From NCBI GenBank assembly GCA_964016885.1, contig OZ024743.1:342674001-342738000 (forward strand): a stretch of DNA of 64,000 nucleotides, written 5' to 3'. Within the stretch, counting starts at the first letter, position 1, and every line of letters begins with the position of its first letter. Below are positions 37,288 through 52,193 of this stretch, piece by piece. The notes beneath the pieces were generated by a model, which worked only from the letters and a program-made list of their open reading frames with translations, searched no databases and was not told the origin of the DNA. The stretch is from Eledone cirrhosa. Lineage: Eukaryota. The translations under genes and the position numbers were made by a program.

Positions 37288-37492
37288 CTAAAACAGACAC
37301 ACGGACACAGCAACAATGCTACAAGCAAGTTGATATATGGTTGTATTGTCTGAGATGAAAAGAGATGGTATCACTGTGCTTAGCCTTACTTCAGCTTTGA
37401 ACATAGGAATTCTAATCATGACAATCCCTGCACAAATATATATGTATATATGTGTGTATACATACGTATATATATATATATATATATATATA

Positions 37493-37675
37493 ACGAAGGA
37501 AATGTGGTAAGGAACCAGATGGACCATAACGCACCAAAGTACTCAATACTTAGGGTAATAGGAACAAGTATGACCCCGACGGCAGAGGTCAAGCCGTTTC
37601 GACGGCTAATTCTGTATCCAGAATTAGCCGTCGAAACGGCTTGAGCTCTGCCGTCGGGGTCATACTTGTTCCTAT
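37493..37675. mobile_element. Short palindromic element in (TA)n derived from the pLTR at 36530-36670
   Basis: 57-bp arms 37558-37614 / 37619-37675 with 1 mismatch, plus a 65-nt unpaired tail. Confidence 0.75.
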
Positions 37676-37760
37676 ATATATATATATATAGTTTTATATA
37701 TATATATGCATATGTGGACGGACACACCCACACACACATATATATATATATGTGTGTGTA

Positions 37761-37849
<89 letters not shown>

Positions 37850-38103
37850 CGGAATTAAGAGTATATATATATAGATAGATAAATATACACGGATGTATAT
37901 TTATCTAATTTTCACAGTTGAAAATTGCAAACTTGACTGTCACCACACATTATGAACATGAAGATTGCGAAAGCATGAAAGTACTTGTTCAATTAACACT
38001 TAAGATTTAATATTCTATCATACTATTTCATTCTAATACCATTATAAATGTTAAAGGATTGTAAATAAAACGAGTAAATCAGACAAAGTTGGAATTCCTT
38101 TTA

Positions 38104-38139
<36 letters not shown>

Positions 38140-38159
38140 AATAATAATAATTATTATTA

Positions 38160-38341
38160 TTATTTTTACTTTTGGCACAAGGCCAGCAATTATCCCAGTG
38201 TATTACTGCTACTTTATTTTATCGACCCCGTAAGGATGAAAGGCAAAGTTAACCTCGACGTGATTTGAACTTAAACCATAAAGGGCCGTTAACTCTTTGC
38301 TGCAAAGCTTGGCGTCCGATCCTCTACCGATACTGCCAATT
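38160..38341 (-). mobile_element. tRNA-SINE
   Basis: Family consensus match. Confidence 0.8.
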
Positions 38342-38744
38342 AACTAAACTATAATAGAGTAAGAAGTGCGGGACTACATCCAGAATAAATTTTTTTTATC
38401 CCGTTTGTAAAATAAGTTGGATTACTTTGAATAAATAATGAATGAATATTACATAATGTATGTACTGAATTTCGTAACTAAATTTCGTATTTATAAATAA
38501 TTTAAAATTGACTTCTTTTCAAAGTTACAAATTTCTACACTTCCGGTATATTATCGCCACCACCACCACTTTAACTACCATATATATAGAAAGAGAGAGT
38601 TTGTGATGAGAGAGATAGAGTTATTATTATTTTCTACACGCTGGCGCGTATGATTGTGCACATACATCTATATGAATGAGTATATAACTATTATGAGTAT
38701 ATAACTATAATCGCGCAAACACAAACTTATAAAAATACACCCTC

Positions 38745-39100
38745 ACATTCAGATAAATACACATACTTTCACACAAAAACATTCACACATACATTTACAC
38801 AAAGACACGCATGTAGTCATGATAGTGTTCGGTGAATTGGAAACGGGAGGGTAAAACAAGTATAACGTTTTATTTATTTATTAACAATACAGTTTAACTC
38901 TTTTTTTTAAACTCATTTGTATAAAAATTTAATATAATGCTTACAGAACGAAAACGCAAACAAATATAATGTATACAAAGGAAAGGAAAACGCAAAAATT
39001 ACACAAGCACGTAATACCCACATCTAAGACCACATAGGCTGGATAATGTAGTTAGCTAACAGAACACCGTAGCAAAAGAGTCACTAACTGTGACGTCCCA
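38745..39100 (-). mobile_element. Internally deleted tandem copy of the same CRE 3' end
   Basis: 38745-39030 repeats 39105-39417; 39030-39100 is made of pieces of 39690-39722 and 39800-39834. Confidence 0.7.
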
Positions 39101-39104
39101 TTCA

Positions 39105-39950
39105 CACAAATAGACATACTTTCACACAAACACACACATACATTCACACAAACACACATTCACACATATACATTTACACAAACACACACATAATCATGAT
39201 AGCGTTCGGTGAATTGGAAATGGAAGGGTAGAAGTACAACTTTTTATTTATTTATTAACAACACAGTTTAAGCCTTTTTTTTAAACTCATTTGTATAAAA
39301 ATTTAATATAATAATTACAGAACGAAAACACTAACAAATATAATATACACAAAGAAAAGGGAAAGGAAAAAAAAGAAAGAGAAAAATACACAAGCACGTA
39401 ATACCCACATCTTAGACCCGATAGAACAATATGCAGGCGAAAGAATGAATAGACGAGACGCTACCAGAGCAAAAGATAGCAATGTAGCGAGAAGCACTGG
39501 GAAACCTCTCTAATAATGTTTGAGGCAAGCCAGCACGCTCGCAGCGTTACCTGGGGTAATGACGAGGCTGAGGTGCTGGAACAACCAAGTGCCCTCACGA
39601 GCATCACCAGTTACCTCTGTTTGGCGAGCCGCCAGTGAAGATAAGAACCTCGCTGTCAGTCGCCAGACTCCCCCAAACATCTCGAACGCCACAGGCTGGA
39701 TAATGTAGTTAGCTGACATAACGTGTTATTTTAGGATTTTGTTCCGTTCAGCTGCGGATGCTGTAGCTCTCGCCCTTACCGCTGCATCCAGGATGTAGGA
39801 AGAAGCAAATGAGTCACTAATTGTGACGTCCCAGGTAAGGCACCTGCCTCTTGACCAGCAGCACAGAGTAAGACCGTCATGTCTTTTCCCATCAATTCTG
39901 GACAACCCAAACGGTTCCAAAATTGAGGGGATGTTTGCCCAGGCCAAAAT
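39105..39950 (-). mobile_element. CRE-clade non-LTR 3' fragment with 3'UTR
   Basis: DGKRHDGLTL..W..G..LTWDVT, AAERNK..K, PVAFEMFGG, WLFQHLSL....GNAASVL. Confidence 0.8.
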
Positions 39951-40129
39951 TCTTGAGTGGTAATAGGACAGTGTGTATGTGCACGCGCGAGTTTGTTGGT
40001 GTTCTTAAATTAGAGACATGTGTGCATCACTTTTTTGAAGTTGGAGGCATATATGTGTGTGTATCCCTTTCCTTCCTTTTACACACACATACATTCACAC
40101 AAACACACAAACACATTGTGTGATTGACG

Positions 40130-40583
40130 GGTAGACAGAAGTTCCTCAAATTTATATACATGTGAATGGAGTTCTACTGAAGCAGTTAGAGAAGTTGAAG
40201 TCTTCCTGGTATTCCTGCCAACTCTTACTGAGGATAATGAATCTTGAGTAATGACCAAAAGAATAACGTTACTCGGTAAAGTGCATAGCTCAGAGACCAG
40301 AGAGTCACTCCTGGTAGACTCGCTACTTCTCGGAATTGAGAGATCTCAACTCCGATATTATGAACTTGTGGTTAGAATGTCTCAGTAAAGAATCGCTGGA
40401 CACATTTTACAGGAAAAACCAACTGTCAAGAGACACAGAGGTAGACCCTGAGCAAGATAGTTGGATAACATCCATGAGCTTGGTCACGCTTTGGGATCCA
40501 GCTGCATCAGTTAGAGATGTTTGCTTCTGACAGACTCGCTGGAAGGAGTGTTTGAGAAGGACTCTGCCCCCACGACCCTCTCA

Positions 40584-40600
<17 letters not shown>
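40130..40600 (+). mobile_element. Decayed RTE-clade 3' fragment
   Basis: Remnant IERSQLRYYELVVRMSQ..QEKPTVKRHRGRP..LDNI..PPRP. Confidence 0.65.
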
Positions 40601-41090
<490 letters not shown>

Positions 41091-41139
41091 ATATATCTAT
41101 GCAATAAAGCTGACGGCCGTATGTAAGAAAAGAAATATT

Positions 41140-42540
41140 TCAAGGTAATTCTTTCTCACTATTGCTCTTTGGGATTGACATGATTCCACTATCAATGGCC
41201 TTACGGGATATAGACATTAGCTATCAGATGAAAAACTGAGGATCTAAGATCAATCATCTACTTTTCATGGATGATTTGAAACTATTTGGCATGAATGAAT
41301 ATCTGGTTGACTAACTAGTCAAAACTGTCCACTCATTTTGTGGGGACAATGGGATGGAAGCTGGTATCGCAAAGTGTGTCACCCCGACTACGAGGAGAGG
41401 TAGACATGTACATAGTGGTGGGATTGAGTTACCTGATGTAGAGTCGATTGGTAACCCTGAGGATAGTGGGTACATATATCTGGGAATTTTGGAGCTTGTT
41501 AAGGTTCTAAATGTGTGGATGAAAGGAAATGTGAAGTTTATTCATTGTAGCTCAAGATGAGGCACTTAACACAAATGCGATAAAGAATATATATAAGCCA
41601 GATGAAACCAATAAGTGTAGGTTAGGTGGGAGGAAGCCCCGTGCAATTTAATCGGTCCGTTTATCCATCGCCCCGCGACGCTGTAGGACAGTATGGATTT
41701 GTCGCTCCAGGTGCCAAGCCGCATGCCCATCAACTTTTCCTGGTTATCGCTTCATATTCGCTTCAAGAACGATGCCGGTCAGCTCAATATGTTTGATGCT
41801 CTTCACCACTAATGTGACATCGTTAGCTTAAGCTGACATGGATCTTCCAAGTAGGGAGAAAGCAGAGATAGTTACTCATATCGTTTCAGAATGTAAATAG
41901 TTAGCCCAGAATGATTATAAAAAAGAGGCCGATATGATCAGGTGCTTTCCATGTTTTAGTGGGGTCTGTGTAAAAAGTGTAAATTTCCATGAGCAGAAAA
42001 AAGCTATGAACATAGTGTCCCAAATAAGATGAGAGCGTTAGAAAACAATGAGACTTCCCAATTCAGGTCGAGATGAAGATTGAACACAACAAACCAGATA
42101 TTGTTGCAATTAAGGAGAAAAACTGTACCCTCTTAGATATAACGTGTATTTTTCACACCAGAATTGGACGAAAGGAAGAGAAAGTAAGGATGTATACCAA
42201 CTTATAACGAGAGATTCTGAAATGCTGATGTAACGGAATTAAGACAGACACCATTGTCCAATTGGTAATTGGTGCTCTTGGCATTGTGACAAAGAACTTT
42301 GAAAACTACCTGTAGAAGATAGACTTTGCACCATGGATTAAACCACCCTAGAAGACATGCCTACTGGGAATAGCTTGAATATTGAGAAAGGTTCTGGACT
42401 ACCTGCAGTAGTGATATGACAAGAAATGATATGAAAAATTTAGAGTTACCTTGGGTTACTAGTTGTAGCGTCGTGTTCCCTAAAGTAACTGGCCCAAACC
42501 AATACTAAATTTAGTTGTGATAAATAGTCAAATAATAATA
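41140..42540 (+). mobile_element. Highly decayed R4/Dong-like LINE
   Basis: Remnant KINHLLFMDDLKLFG, YIYLG, HIVSEC, EHNKPDIV, LVIGALG, RKVLD; ends at an (AAT)n tract. Confidence 0.75.
41632..41848 (-). mobile_element. Tx1-like RT fragment nested in the decayed R4 copy
   Basis: Minus-strand translation SA*ANDVTLVV and GMRLGTWSDKSILSYSVAGRWINGPIKL resembles SAYADDVTVMV and QLGSWRGKPMPSDGVVGRWTEGPVKL of the Tx1 ORF2. Confidence 0.6.
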
Positions 42541-43206
42541 ACAGTAGTAGTATCAAAATAATATTTATCAATATACATTTTATTGTGTATTCCAATGTTT
42601 CTATAAACCAGTGTTTCAACCGCATTTTAGTTAATTATTATAAGTATTATAAATTTTTTTTTTTTTTTTTTATTCAGTTCTGCTTGCATAAGAAATGCAA
42701 GTAGATATCATTGAATTTTATTTCGTTTAACGTCATTTTGTTTAACATAATTTTGTTTTAACGTTAATGAAAAGTAGAATAAAACCAAATATTGTAAAAT
42801 ATATAATCGTCAAGTATACACTATGAATGATGAAGTTTTGGATGATTGATTTTCTTCTTTTTGTCACTTACTATGTTTTTTTATCCAATAAAATAAGTGT
42901 TTAAAAATAATGTCACATGAGAAACAATTTTTATATATCTTGTCTACTTTTATATATCTTCTGTCTACTTTTATATATCTTCTGTAATCATGCTGGAAAG
43001 TTCTAATATAGATAAGGACATTTTAGAATGAACAATTTTTCAATCATAAAATAAGGGTGGTTTCGGGTGGTTTGGTATCAAAAGAGTTAAACGTAGCATT
43101 GAATCAAAAATAAAATTGAGATAAAGAAATAAATATAAAGAGGGCAAAATGTACAAATTGAAACAAAGTGACTGATCAGCGAAACTAGCCATTTTTTATT
43201 ATTGTG

Positions 43207-43395
43207 TTGGATTGGCTGTATCGGTAAAGTGTCTAACGCCATGCTTTGCAGCAAAGAGTTACGGCCTTTTATGGTCTGAGTTCAAATCCCGCCGAGGTTA
43301 ACTTTGCCTTTCATCCTTACGGGGTCGATAAAATAAAGTACCAGTAATGCACTGGTATAATTGCTGACCTCGTGCCAAAAGTAGAAACAATTATT
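43207..43395 (+). mobile_element. tRNA-SINE
   Basis: Family consensus match. Confidence 0.8.
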
Positions 43396-43557
43396 GTTTA
43401 GTATTTAAATAAGTGGTGGTATGAGGTGTCTCTTACAATTTTTGCTTTGTAAATATTTGTTCCTTGATTTATCTCCGTTTCAATGGCGACTATACATGCA
43501 TTGCGCACCTTCGCTGCCTGTGGGTATAAGACTCGGAGAAAAAGTGTGATATATATA

Positions 43558-43675
43558 TGGACGTAAGCATGTCTCTGTGGTTAAGGAGCTCGCTTTGCAG
43601 TCAAGAGGTTCGAGATTCAGTCATGTTGTGAAATCCTTTGAATAAGTGTCATCTACTATAGCATCTGATTGAAGT
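43558..43675 (+). mobile_element. Old tRNA-SINE of another family
   Basis: gcatg....gtggttaag head and aagtgtc.tctactatagc body; relatives at 46715-46850 (-), 48720-48865 (+), 50815-50980 (+) and about 51050-51395 (-). Confidence 0.55.
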
Positions 43676-45239
43676 GTAGCTCTTTTAGCTGTTACAAACT
43701 ATACTAGGAATAAACCAATATAATGAAAAGTATGTAAAAACTTTTTACATATAGATGAACAACATATATTAGCATAACTCACCATGTTTCCTACTTTTAA
43801 TAAAAACGAAAGCTTTCATTCTATCAGATGACCTAAAATAAATACCAACGATTGGAATCAAGAAGAATCTTCCTTGCACAGTTTCAGTCTCTAACAGCTT
43901 TGGACGGAAATGCTTGAGAACGACCCTCTTCGATTTGACTTGAAAATTCTTCATTTTGAAAGTCATCATTTCTAACAACATGCAGTTCAAGACCTTGTAG
44001 ACTTCATTGAAAATATAAAGAGCTTTGAGAAGTGAAACCTGTTATACTAGCATTGTGCGTGCTTTGAAGAAACGATAAGAAGCTAGTTTCAACAAAGGAG
44101 CGAGCATTGGATCTGAATACTGCCTCGCATATTAAATGAGGCCTCTGTTTGGTACAATTTCGAACAAACCGAACACATGAATTGAACTGAACTGATCAAA
44201 AGAAAGAAAATATTACAAATTTGGAACCACGTATAATTGTAAAACCAACTCCTTAACCACATCACCATTCCCACAACCAATATTATAGAAATATAGTTTG
44301 AAGCCGATATATTTCAAATGAATCAATGTTTGAAACACTTTGATCTTTTAATAATTACGTGTTCAATCAAACAAACAAACCGTAAGTTATGTCATAATGA
44401 GGATTCAATAAGATGCTTCGTAATCTGATCATCAAAGTTTGATGTTATCTGTGACTAAACATAACAGTGAAATATATTGTGAACCATTTAAATCTATTGA
44501 TACTGCTCAGTCGAATTAGTTGTATTTTATCAGAATAAAGTAAAAGTCGTTCAATATAATATAATTATATAGGTAAAATGTAATATATCAAGTGTCAGGA
44601 AATGAGGAACGAAAATATGTATTGTGTATATTCTATACAAACTTAATTATATACGTTCCTATAGTTTCTCTATTCAAATATTCCGATATATAACTAAACC
44701 TTTAGTCATGAAACTAAATGAAATTGTTACATGCTATCTTTGAATGAGTATTCAGTATAAGCGAGAAGTTATTCGGTTTGAAATCGTATTGTCTTGAAAG
44801 AATAAAAGGAATTTTGATGGCACCAGTAAAGAATTCTACTTACATTTTCAAAAGTGTCCTGTATATTCTCACTATTCCACTTGCAGATTGGATTTGCAAA
44901 AGCTTGTTTGGTCGTCATTGTCTTTGCATGGAAACACCGGTTTTCCGAGATCGTTGCTAAGTCACTTAGTAATATAGCGTCATTGCTACATCTCTTTGTT
45001 CACTAATATAACAGATTGGTTTAGTGTGTAATTTAAAATGTTTCACAAGAAAACTTTACCTATCCTAATCTGTTCGAACAATCTGCGAGAAATGGCAGCC
45101 CCATCTGCCTGATATTAAACATAAAAATCATATTGACATTGTATATAGCCTATACCTACATGTAATGATCGTATATTGTGTAGTTCCGAGTTCGATACTT
45201 CTACTCAGCACCTTTAAAAAGATTTTGGACGTAGCTATG

Positions 45240-46380
45240 GGGTTCAGCAAAATATTGAGAGTGTAATTTAGTAGGTTGAAATTGTGTGGAAACCAATCAT
45301 ATATATATACTTCACACATACACAGAGATCTTCAGGCTTGGAGATTAGAGACTTTTTAGGTGAGTATAGCCTTTGTAAAATCCTAAAGTTTTCACTGAAG
45401 TATAGCGGACCTCTCTTATTTCCATTTATGTACGGCGTGAATAATTCGAACACTTTCCATGTTATATCATGCGGTACACCTTTTTCCTTTAACTTCCAGG
45501 CCTTTTTTGCTAGCACTGAGCTAGTTTTCATATCGGGATTCCTGAATGAGTAAATGTGCGAATAGAACCTTTGTATAAATTGCCCTGCACCATACCTATA
45601 TATTTTCACGGGTTGGTTGGTCTATTTAATCTCTACTTCGAGACGATGGACTTTACATTACAATTTTGTTGTAATGAACAGTTACCTTTTTTCCTGCAAG
45701 AACATCCTGGATTCACATTTGGTTTGTTGTTTGCAATCATTTTGGATCGCATAAATGGTAGGCAAGAATAAGATATACTCACCGAGCCGCGATTGAAGAT
45801 TTCACTGTACCTATGTTGTGGGAGGAAGTGCCTATTCGTTTAGGTCTAAGAATTCTTTACATACATTGGTCCTTATGTTCAGTGAGAATGGAGGGGTAAA
45901 CCAGATTCTTCTTCTTTTTTTCTATTTCTATTCCTAGGGTACTGGGCATGTACTTGATCTCTCCTCTGGATCCACTATCTCGGAGGGCCTTGTAGTACGG
46001 CGGTGCCTTCTCCAATATTTTTCTATTAGAAATGTGTTCTGAATTCTACGGCTAATATTAGTCACTAGATTATTAGAAACCGTAGGTGGCAGGACCCTCT
46101 GCTGATGTTGATATATTTTAGCCTTTCATTCGGCTTATAGTAGATCTTAAGTATGCCTATTGATAGGTCTAAGTTGACTTCTAGAAAATCTGCGCTAGTG
46201 AGATTTGTGTCTACTGTGATGTTAAACCTTAGGGTGCTAAAGGGCTATATTAAATCCTTACGGAACTTGTCTAGGATGTGTCCGCTGCAATCATGTGCTA
46301 AAGAAATACCGTCGTCAGGATATAGGCCAATAATGTGGTTGGGGAATTTATCTTTTTATTTTTCAGGAAGCTGTCAGTAG
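45240..46380 (-). mobile_element. Decayed Penelope-like ORF (RT thumb + GIY-YIG)
   Basis: DFLEVNLDL...YKPN; FIQRFYSH..SF....SSVLAKKAWKLK....DITWKV...PY.NGNKR..L..SE. Confidence 0.7.
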
Positions 46381-47760
46381 TGGTTTAAGTTTTACAAAAT
46401 ACTTACAGACCAGGTAACACACACACAATTATATTCAAACATGAATTATTGCTTTCTTTTACAGATGCCATCTAGCGGACATGTGGCCTAGTTTCTACAT
46501 GAGCATCACTTTAGTTGGTGTAGGCCTAAGAGTAACTTTGCTTTTTAAGTTGAGAGAAAAATTAAAACTAATTTTTAGGTTATGTCTGTTGAATAACTGT
46601 CTATATATATGGCTATTGTGGGTGTGCCTATTTATTAACACCTGAAAGGTTTTAACGATGTTGGTTTTAGTGTTCAGTGATAAGGGAAACCTGGACTACA
46701 TTCTGTCTTGCCTCTTTGAACTACAGGTAAAATCAATCCGTCTACCCAATTTCACCCACAAGACAGGGGTCAACCCGAGTCTATGGGATCGAATCCGGGA
46801 CCTAATGATTGCGAAGCGAACATCTTAACCATTTGGCCATGCGGCGTCCAAATGAAACAACCAACAAAATAACAATAACAAATTTAACGAATTCTGATAC
46901 AAAATAACATTAAAGACACTTTTAGTAAAACAAATTATAAATAATGAAACCAAAAGACAGTAAACAGGTATATGGATAAACAATTTTCATTGCTCAAAAT
47001 TTTCTATTCGTATCAAAATGAAAACAAAACTGTGTTTATTTGAAACGGTCAATTGCTGAATTGCTTAATGTCTTTGAATTTGAATAATTGAAGAGATTGT
47101 AAGTAGCATGTTTATTGTATTAATGATAGCAAACGAAACGCGTTTGGTCTTCAACTTGTTACAGACATGATGCTAATGCTGCAACTTAATATGTCAAGGC
47201 GAGAAGTGAAAGGGTTAATTGCTTTTTAGGGAAACTAATAAAATGTCATGTATACTCACTTAAAACAAAACTGAATAAAAAAGACATAGATGAAAGGTAA
47301 ATGTAAAAACGTCGCAATTCAACGACCGCAAAAAATAAGTCTGTCCATTTAATGGTAGTTTACCAGCGATAATTGGAAACCTAAATAGCATTACTAAATA
47401 ACAGCGAAATTTAGTTAAATTTTACTGTCATGGAAAATCGTCTGTGTTATTTAAAAAGAAATATCTAATCTTGATACTGTACTAGATTATAGAGATAGCT
47501 GTGAGTCTTCTATTTTCAAATCAATTTCACGGAAAATTACTTCACTGACATGATTTCAATTCCCAGTTCTGGCTCTCTCACCTCATTTCTCCTATCTAAT
47601 TCACTTAACTTACGTTTCTAACCTAAAAGCTTTAGAAGTACACGAATACTCAAGAGTCAACCAAGGTGGCTCTATTTGAGAGCTATAAGACATGGAAAAC
47701 ATTTACTTATTCGCTGTCATTGTTAAATGTTCTTTATAATAAAGTAGATTTCTCTATTTA

Positions 47761-47815
<55 letters not shown>

Positions 47816-47843
47816 ATCTCACACACACACACACTATATATAT

Positions 47844-47884
<41 letters not shown>

Positions 47885-49732
47885 AGGAAAAGAAATCGAA
47901 AATGCAACTGGAGTCTTTTTAAGGATATTTATTTATCTCCTTTACAGGTTTCACAGTTTTTATGCTTTTCAAAAGTAAAATTGAGATGAAGGAGTTGTAG
48001 TTTGTCTCGCATCTGGTTCGTATTCGAAAGTTATTTCTGTTTTATGTGGAAATGATAGCGAATAAGTAATTTTTTTCCCTGTCTCAAATATCTGGCATTT
48101 ACTAAACGTGGCTTATACAGTAAGCGAGTTTGGTCACCTCTGCTATATACGTTTGCATCCGCCTATTAGAATCAAAGTTCTTGATAATATCGTCAAGTGT
48201 TTACAGTAATTTTTTTTTTCCATTTCAAGACGTCAGTGTGTGATATGTGAGATATTTTGATGCTATTTCTAGCATATCCACAGATTACGTTGGAACCTTC
48301 CCCATAGCCTGTGATTGCTGTATCCTTGACCCCAACTTGATCTTTTAACATTATCCTAATCCTAATCCTATATCCTAGCTTTATCATGAACCTAACCCCA
48401 ATCTTACCTTAAACCTAAACTTTTATCTATGTCAAAGTTCTCAATGGTGTTACTAAATTTCGAATCTAAAGCGATTATTTACTTTTCTCCAAAGTTTTCT
48501 AAATTCTCTTTCTTCTCATGTAATGAGAGAAAATAAAAACTAACCCAAAATATCCTACAAAATATCCTAACTTTTACGATCTAAGTACAAATCTCGCCTA
48601 GATCAACTTTATATTTCATTCTTCATATTTAAACGCTGAAATTACCAAGATTTCTGATTAGTGTCTCTTTTTATGTTTTGCTTCTTTCCTTTTCCTCTAT
48701 CTATATTCTAAATCTACGTGCAGCTATGGCTAACTGGTTAAGTCTTTGCAATCGCGTGTTTCAGGGTCCAATCTGCTGCGTGGCATCTTGGCTAAGTGTC
48801 TTAATTTATAGCGTCGGATTGACCAATGCCATATGAGTGGAATTTGGTAGCCAGAAACGTCGTGTGTGTGTACGGTAAAATATGATTGGAATATATTTTT
48901 TTTATTTTAATCTATTTTTATAATATTGCTACTCCTCTTTGGTTAATTAATTAAATTTAATTTCAGGTTAAGTTGTTAAATTTTTTAGAATATTATAAGC
49001 TATTTATAGTTTCATATGTTTTCTCATTAATAGCTATTTAACTTCGTACTGAATAGCTACAGCTAAATCACGTAGTGTTCATAACACTTCGCTTTCCTTT
49101 TATCTCTAAGGGGTGTCCAGCTAATACATTACTTCCAACACAGAAAATTCAGTAGAGTTTTTCTTGAAATGGCTATTAATTAGTACTTTTTAAGACTATT
49201 CCTCTGAAGAACCATGTAGTCTCAACTAGCTAATTAATTAATTATACTAATTAACTAGGGGGGGGACTGTGGTATGGACAAGTTTTCAGGTAAAATTATA
49301 TTTTTTCCGTAAATATATTTTTTGCGTGTTATGTTCTTAATCTTAATTATAATATACTTATTATTGTACCTCAATATTTTGAATAATAATGCTCTGTAGA
49401 ATACTGATTTAGTGAGCTGTCTCATAGTATAATATGGTTGAAATAATTTATTTTATTTTAATCCATTTTTATTATATAGATATATATATTGTAGTAAAAA
49501 CTTGGTAAACATTTATCCAATGGGTCAGAACACTCAGTCTGTGAGACGAGTAAAGAGGTACAATAAAATTAAATCACTACAATGGCTGCATAACGCGAAT
49601 ATACACGTTTCATTAGCGCGTTAGGTAACGTCAAATTCTCAATTCCCCAAGTTTTTGATGAATTAACTTCCGGAGTGTCTCATTACCTATAAAACGCCAA
49701 AGAGTAACGAGCGGTAATTAATAAGTCTAAAA

Positions 49733-50029
49733 CAGTCATGGGCAATCTGCGGCCCGCGAAGCTTTCTCAATGGCTCGCCTAAGTCACCTAAGTGAAATCT
49801 TTCTGATTTTTTTACCCCAACTTTTCAGTCGTAATTTATCTTTCTATCATTTTTACGATCGAGGAAAACAACGTGTACGAATTCTGAAGAAACAAATCAA
49901 AACAACCTGAGTTACCACCCTTTTTTTTAATGGGTGCACGAATGTAAATTAGCGCTTGCGCCCCCCCCCCCCCTGATGATGAGCGATATCTCATGCGGCC
50001 CGCTTCTCGTTAAAGGTTGCCCATGCCTG
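49733..50029. mobile_element. hAT (Charlie-type) MITE
   Basis: TIRs cagtcatgggcaa / ttgcccatgcctg; subterminal gcggcccg motifs; perfect 8-bp TSD gtctaaaa. Confidence 0.9.
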
Positions 50030-51694
50030 GTCTAAAATTTAGGTGTTAGACTATTGTAAAGAAACTCTATGTAATGTAAGGGGAGAGAACTTTAGTATGA
50101 ATTAATAAATGGGGCCAACTTATTTATGTTCATAGAATAGACAGTTAATGTAGAAGTTAACGTGAAGAGAAAAGGGTCAAAGCCCAATCAAGGCTCGACC
50201 ATTTCTTTAAAAAGGAATTTGGTTTCGTACGGGCAGCAAGTATTATATCAGCCAGCATACGTGGTTCGCGTCATAACAGTTGGTCTGTTTGTTATGTCTT
50301 TCAAATTGCTTTTATTGCTTATCTTTATATGTGCGTTATTTTTCATAATGTGTACAGAACTGAAAACTTGAAATATAATTTATTGATTTATGGAAATCTT
50401 AGAAGTGACTTCTTTCGTAAAAGTATTTCTTTTCAGCAGCAAATCGTAATAATTTTAAGTTAATTTTATCTTCAAGTAATCATTTAGAAACATTTCTGTT
50501 TAGAGTAAGTCGTTCATTGTAATCTACAAATATTATCAAACGAAACCTTTATTTCTGAAATACTTTCCATTAAAATACAGCAAATATGTATATTAATTGA
50601 ATTAAACACGAATAATATTTCCACAAAATATACTTCATTATATATGACGACCCAGTTTGTCTTTTATATTCTTATTTCATTGTTGTAATTGAATAGGAAT
50701 CAGATATAAACATTTTTTTAATGTCATATTTACTATTTCTTTACAAATCTACAAAATCTAATAGATGCCAAACACGCTAACTGTTTTATTAACAATACAT
50801 TAGATGGTATGAACACAGCATGGCCAATTGGTTAAAAGGTTAGCTTCGCAATGCTAAATTCCCAGGTTCGATCCTATTCCGTGGTATATTGGTCAAGTAA
50901 GTATCATTTACCATAGCCTTGCTTCGGCAAATGCCTTGTGAGGATAATTACGCCGAGATAAACTGATTGGAAGGTTGTCAGATGGACTGTACGTGTAATT
51001 CAAAGAGTTAACCGTGTCATTCTCAATCGTATCGAGAAGTACTTATTGAGGGGTGCACGTATTGAGGGGTGTACTGTTTCGACGATGAGTGTTGCAGTTG
51101 TTCCATCAATGGAGCAGCCGGCTGATGAAATTAACGCGTAAGTAATTGGACACTCCACTCGCACGTATGCCCTTAACAAAATTCTCTGGGAGACTCGGCG
51201 TTACGCAGTGTATAACAAAGTTGGCCATTTGAGTTACAGGTACAATCCATCCAACGGGCTCCCAAACCGTTTCTCTCTACCCAATTTCACTCATAAAGTA
51301 TGGGTCGAACCGAGACTATGGTGAGTCCCATTGCATGGGATTCAAATCCGAAAACTAATGATTTTGAAGCTAACTTAACCATTCACACGGGGATGCCTAT
51401 TTTCTATCTTGTCATGACAAGTCTGCTAGGTCAGGCAGAAGCAAGGTAAATCAGAAGCAACAGATATGTGAGTCATACAAAACCGATTTGGTGTATTGAT
51501 ACGTACAATAATTTTTGCTCGAACAGATTTCATCTGAGGCTGCATAGCAATTAAATCAAATACAAGCCAACAAATGATTCTATAAATAGCAGACAAACCA
51601 AAACTCAATCTACCGTTTTAGAAAATAGTGACATTGTATATGCGTGTGTATCTCTGTTGTGTGTGTGTGTGTGTGTGTGTTTAATATAGAAATG

Positions 51695-51744
51695 GCTTCT
51701 ACAGGACTAGAACTGTTTCATTCAAAGAAAATCATCAGGAAAGC
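51695..51744 (-). ncRNA. Type I hammerhead motif (paralogue of 31670-31714)
   Basis: gctttc CTGATGA ttttctttgaat GAAA cagttctagtcctg TA gaagc. Confidence 0.7.
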
Positions 51745-52111
51745 GGAGTGTCATTGTGATATGGTGGTATATATACGTTTTCTGGTGACAGGGGAAGGTG
51801 GTAATTGGGTTGGGTGGAGATCATTTGCCGATGGATTTAAAGAATGGGGATTCTTTGAAAAAACTATATTAGGATAAAAATACATATTAATACAATGGTA
51901 AAAGTAAAAGGCATTCACACTAAGTACCTATGGACAAACACATACATACTGACAGACACTCATGTTTTCAAGGTTTGTTTATTCTAAGCAAACAAAGGTT
52001 TTTCATTAAGTAACTATATTAACATGCTCTGCTGAAGGATTTATGGTATCAAAGGATGGAGAAGTCTGCAGAAATGGTCAGGTGTATACATGCTCACACA
52101 CACATACACAC

Positions 52112-52189
<78 letters not shown>

Positions 52190-52193
<4 letters not shown>

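Noticed and set aside
43769-44280. Short ORFs in a coding-like stretch
   Set aside because: No recognisable domain, splice context or termini; cannot be supported without a search
47200-47220. Single aaagggttaa piggyBac-like end (also near 43085)
   Set aside because: No partner TIR was found
49974-49985. Isolated CTGATGA/CTGACGA/CTGAAGA hits (49974, 51122, 58691, 59387)
   Set aside because: No matching stems and GAAA-UH arrangement, so they are not called as hammerheads
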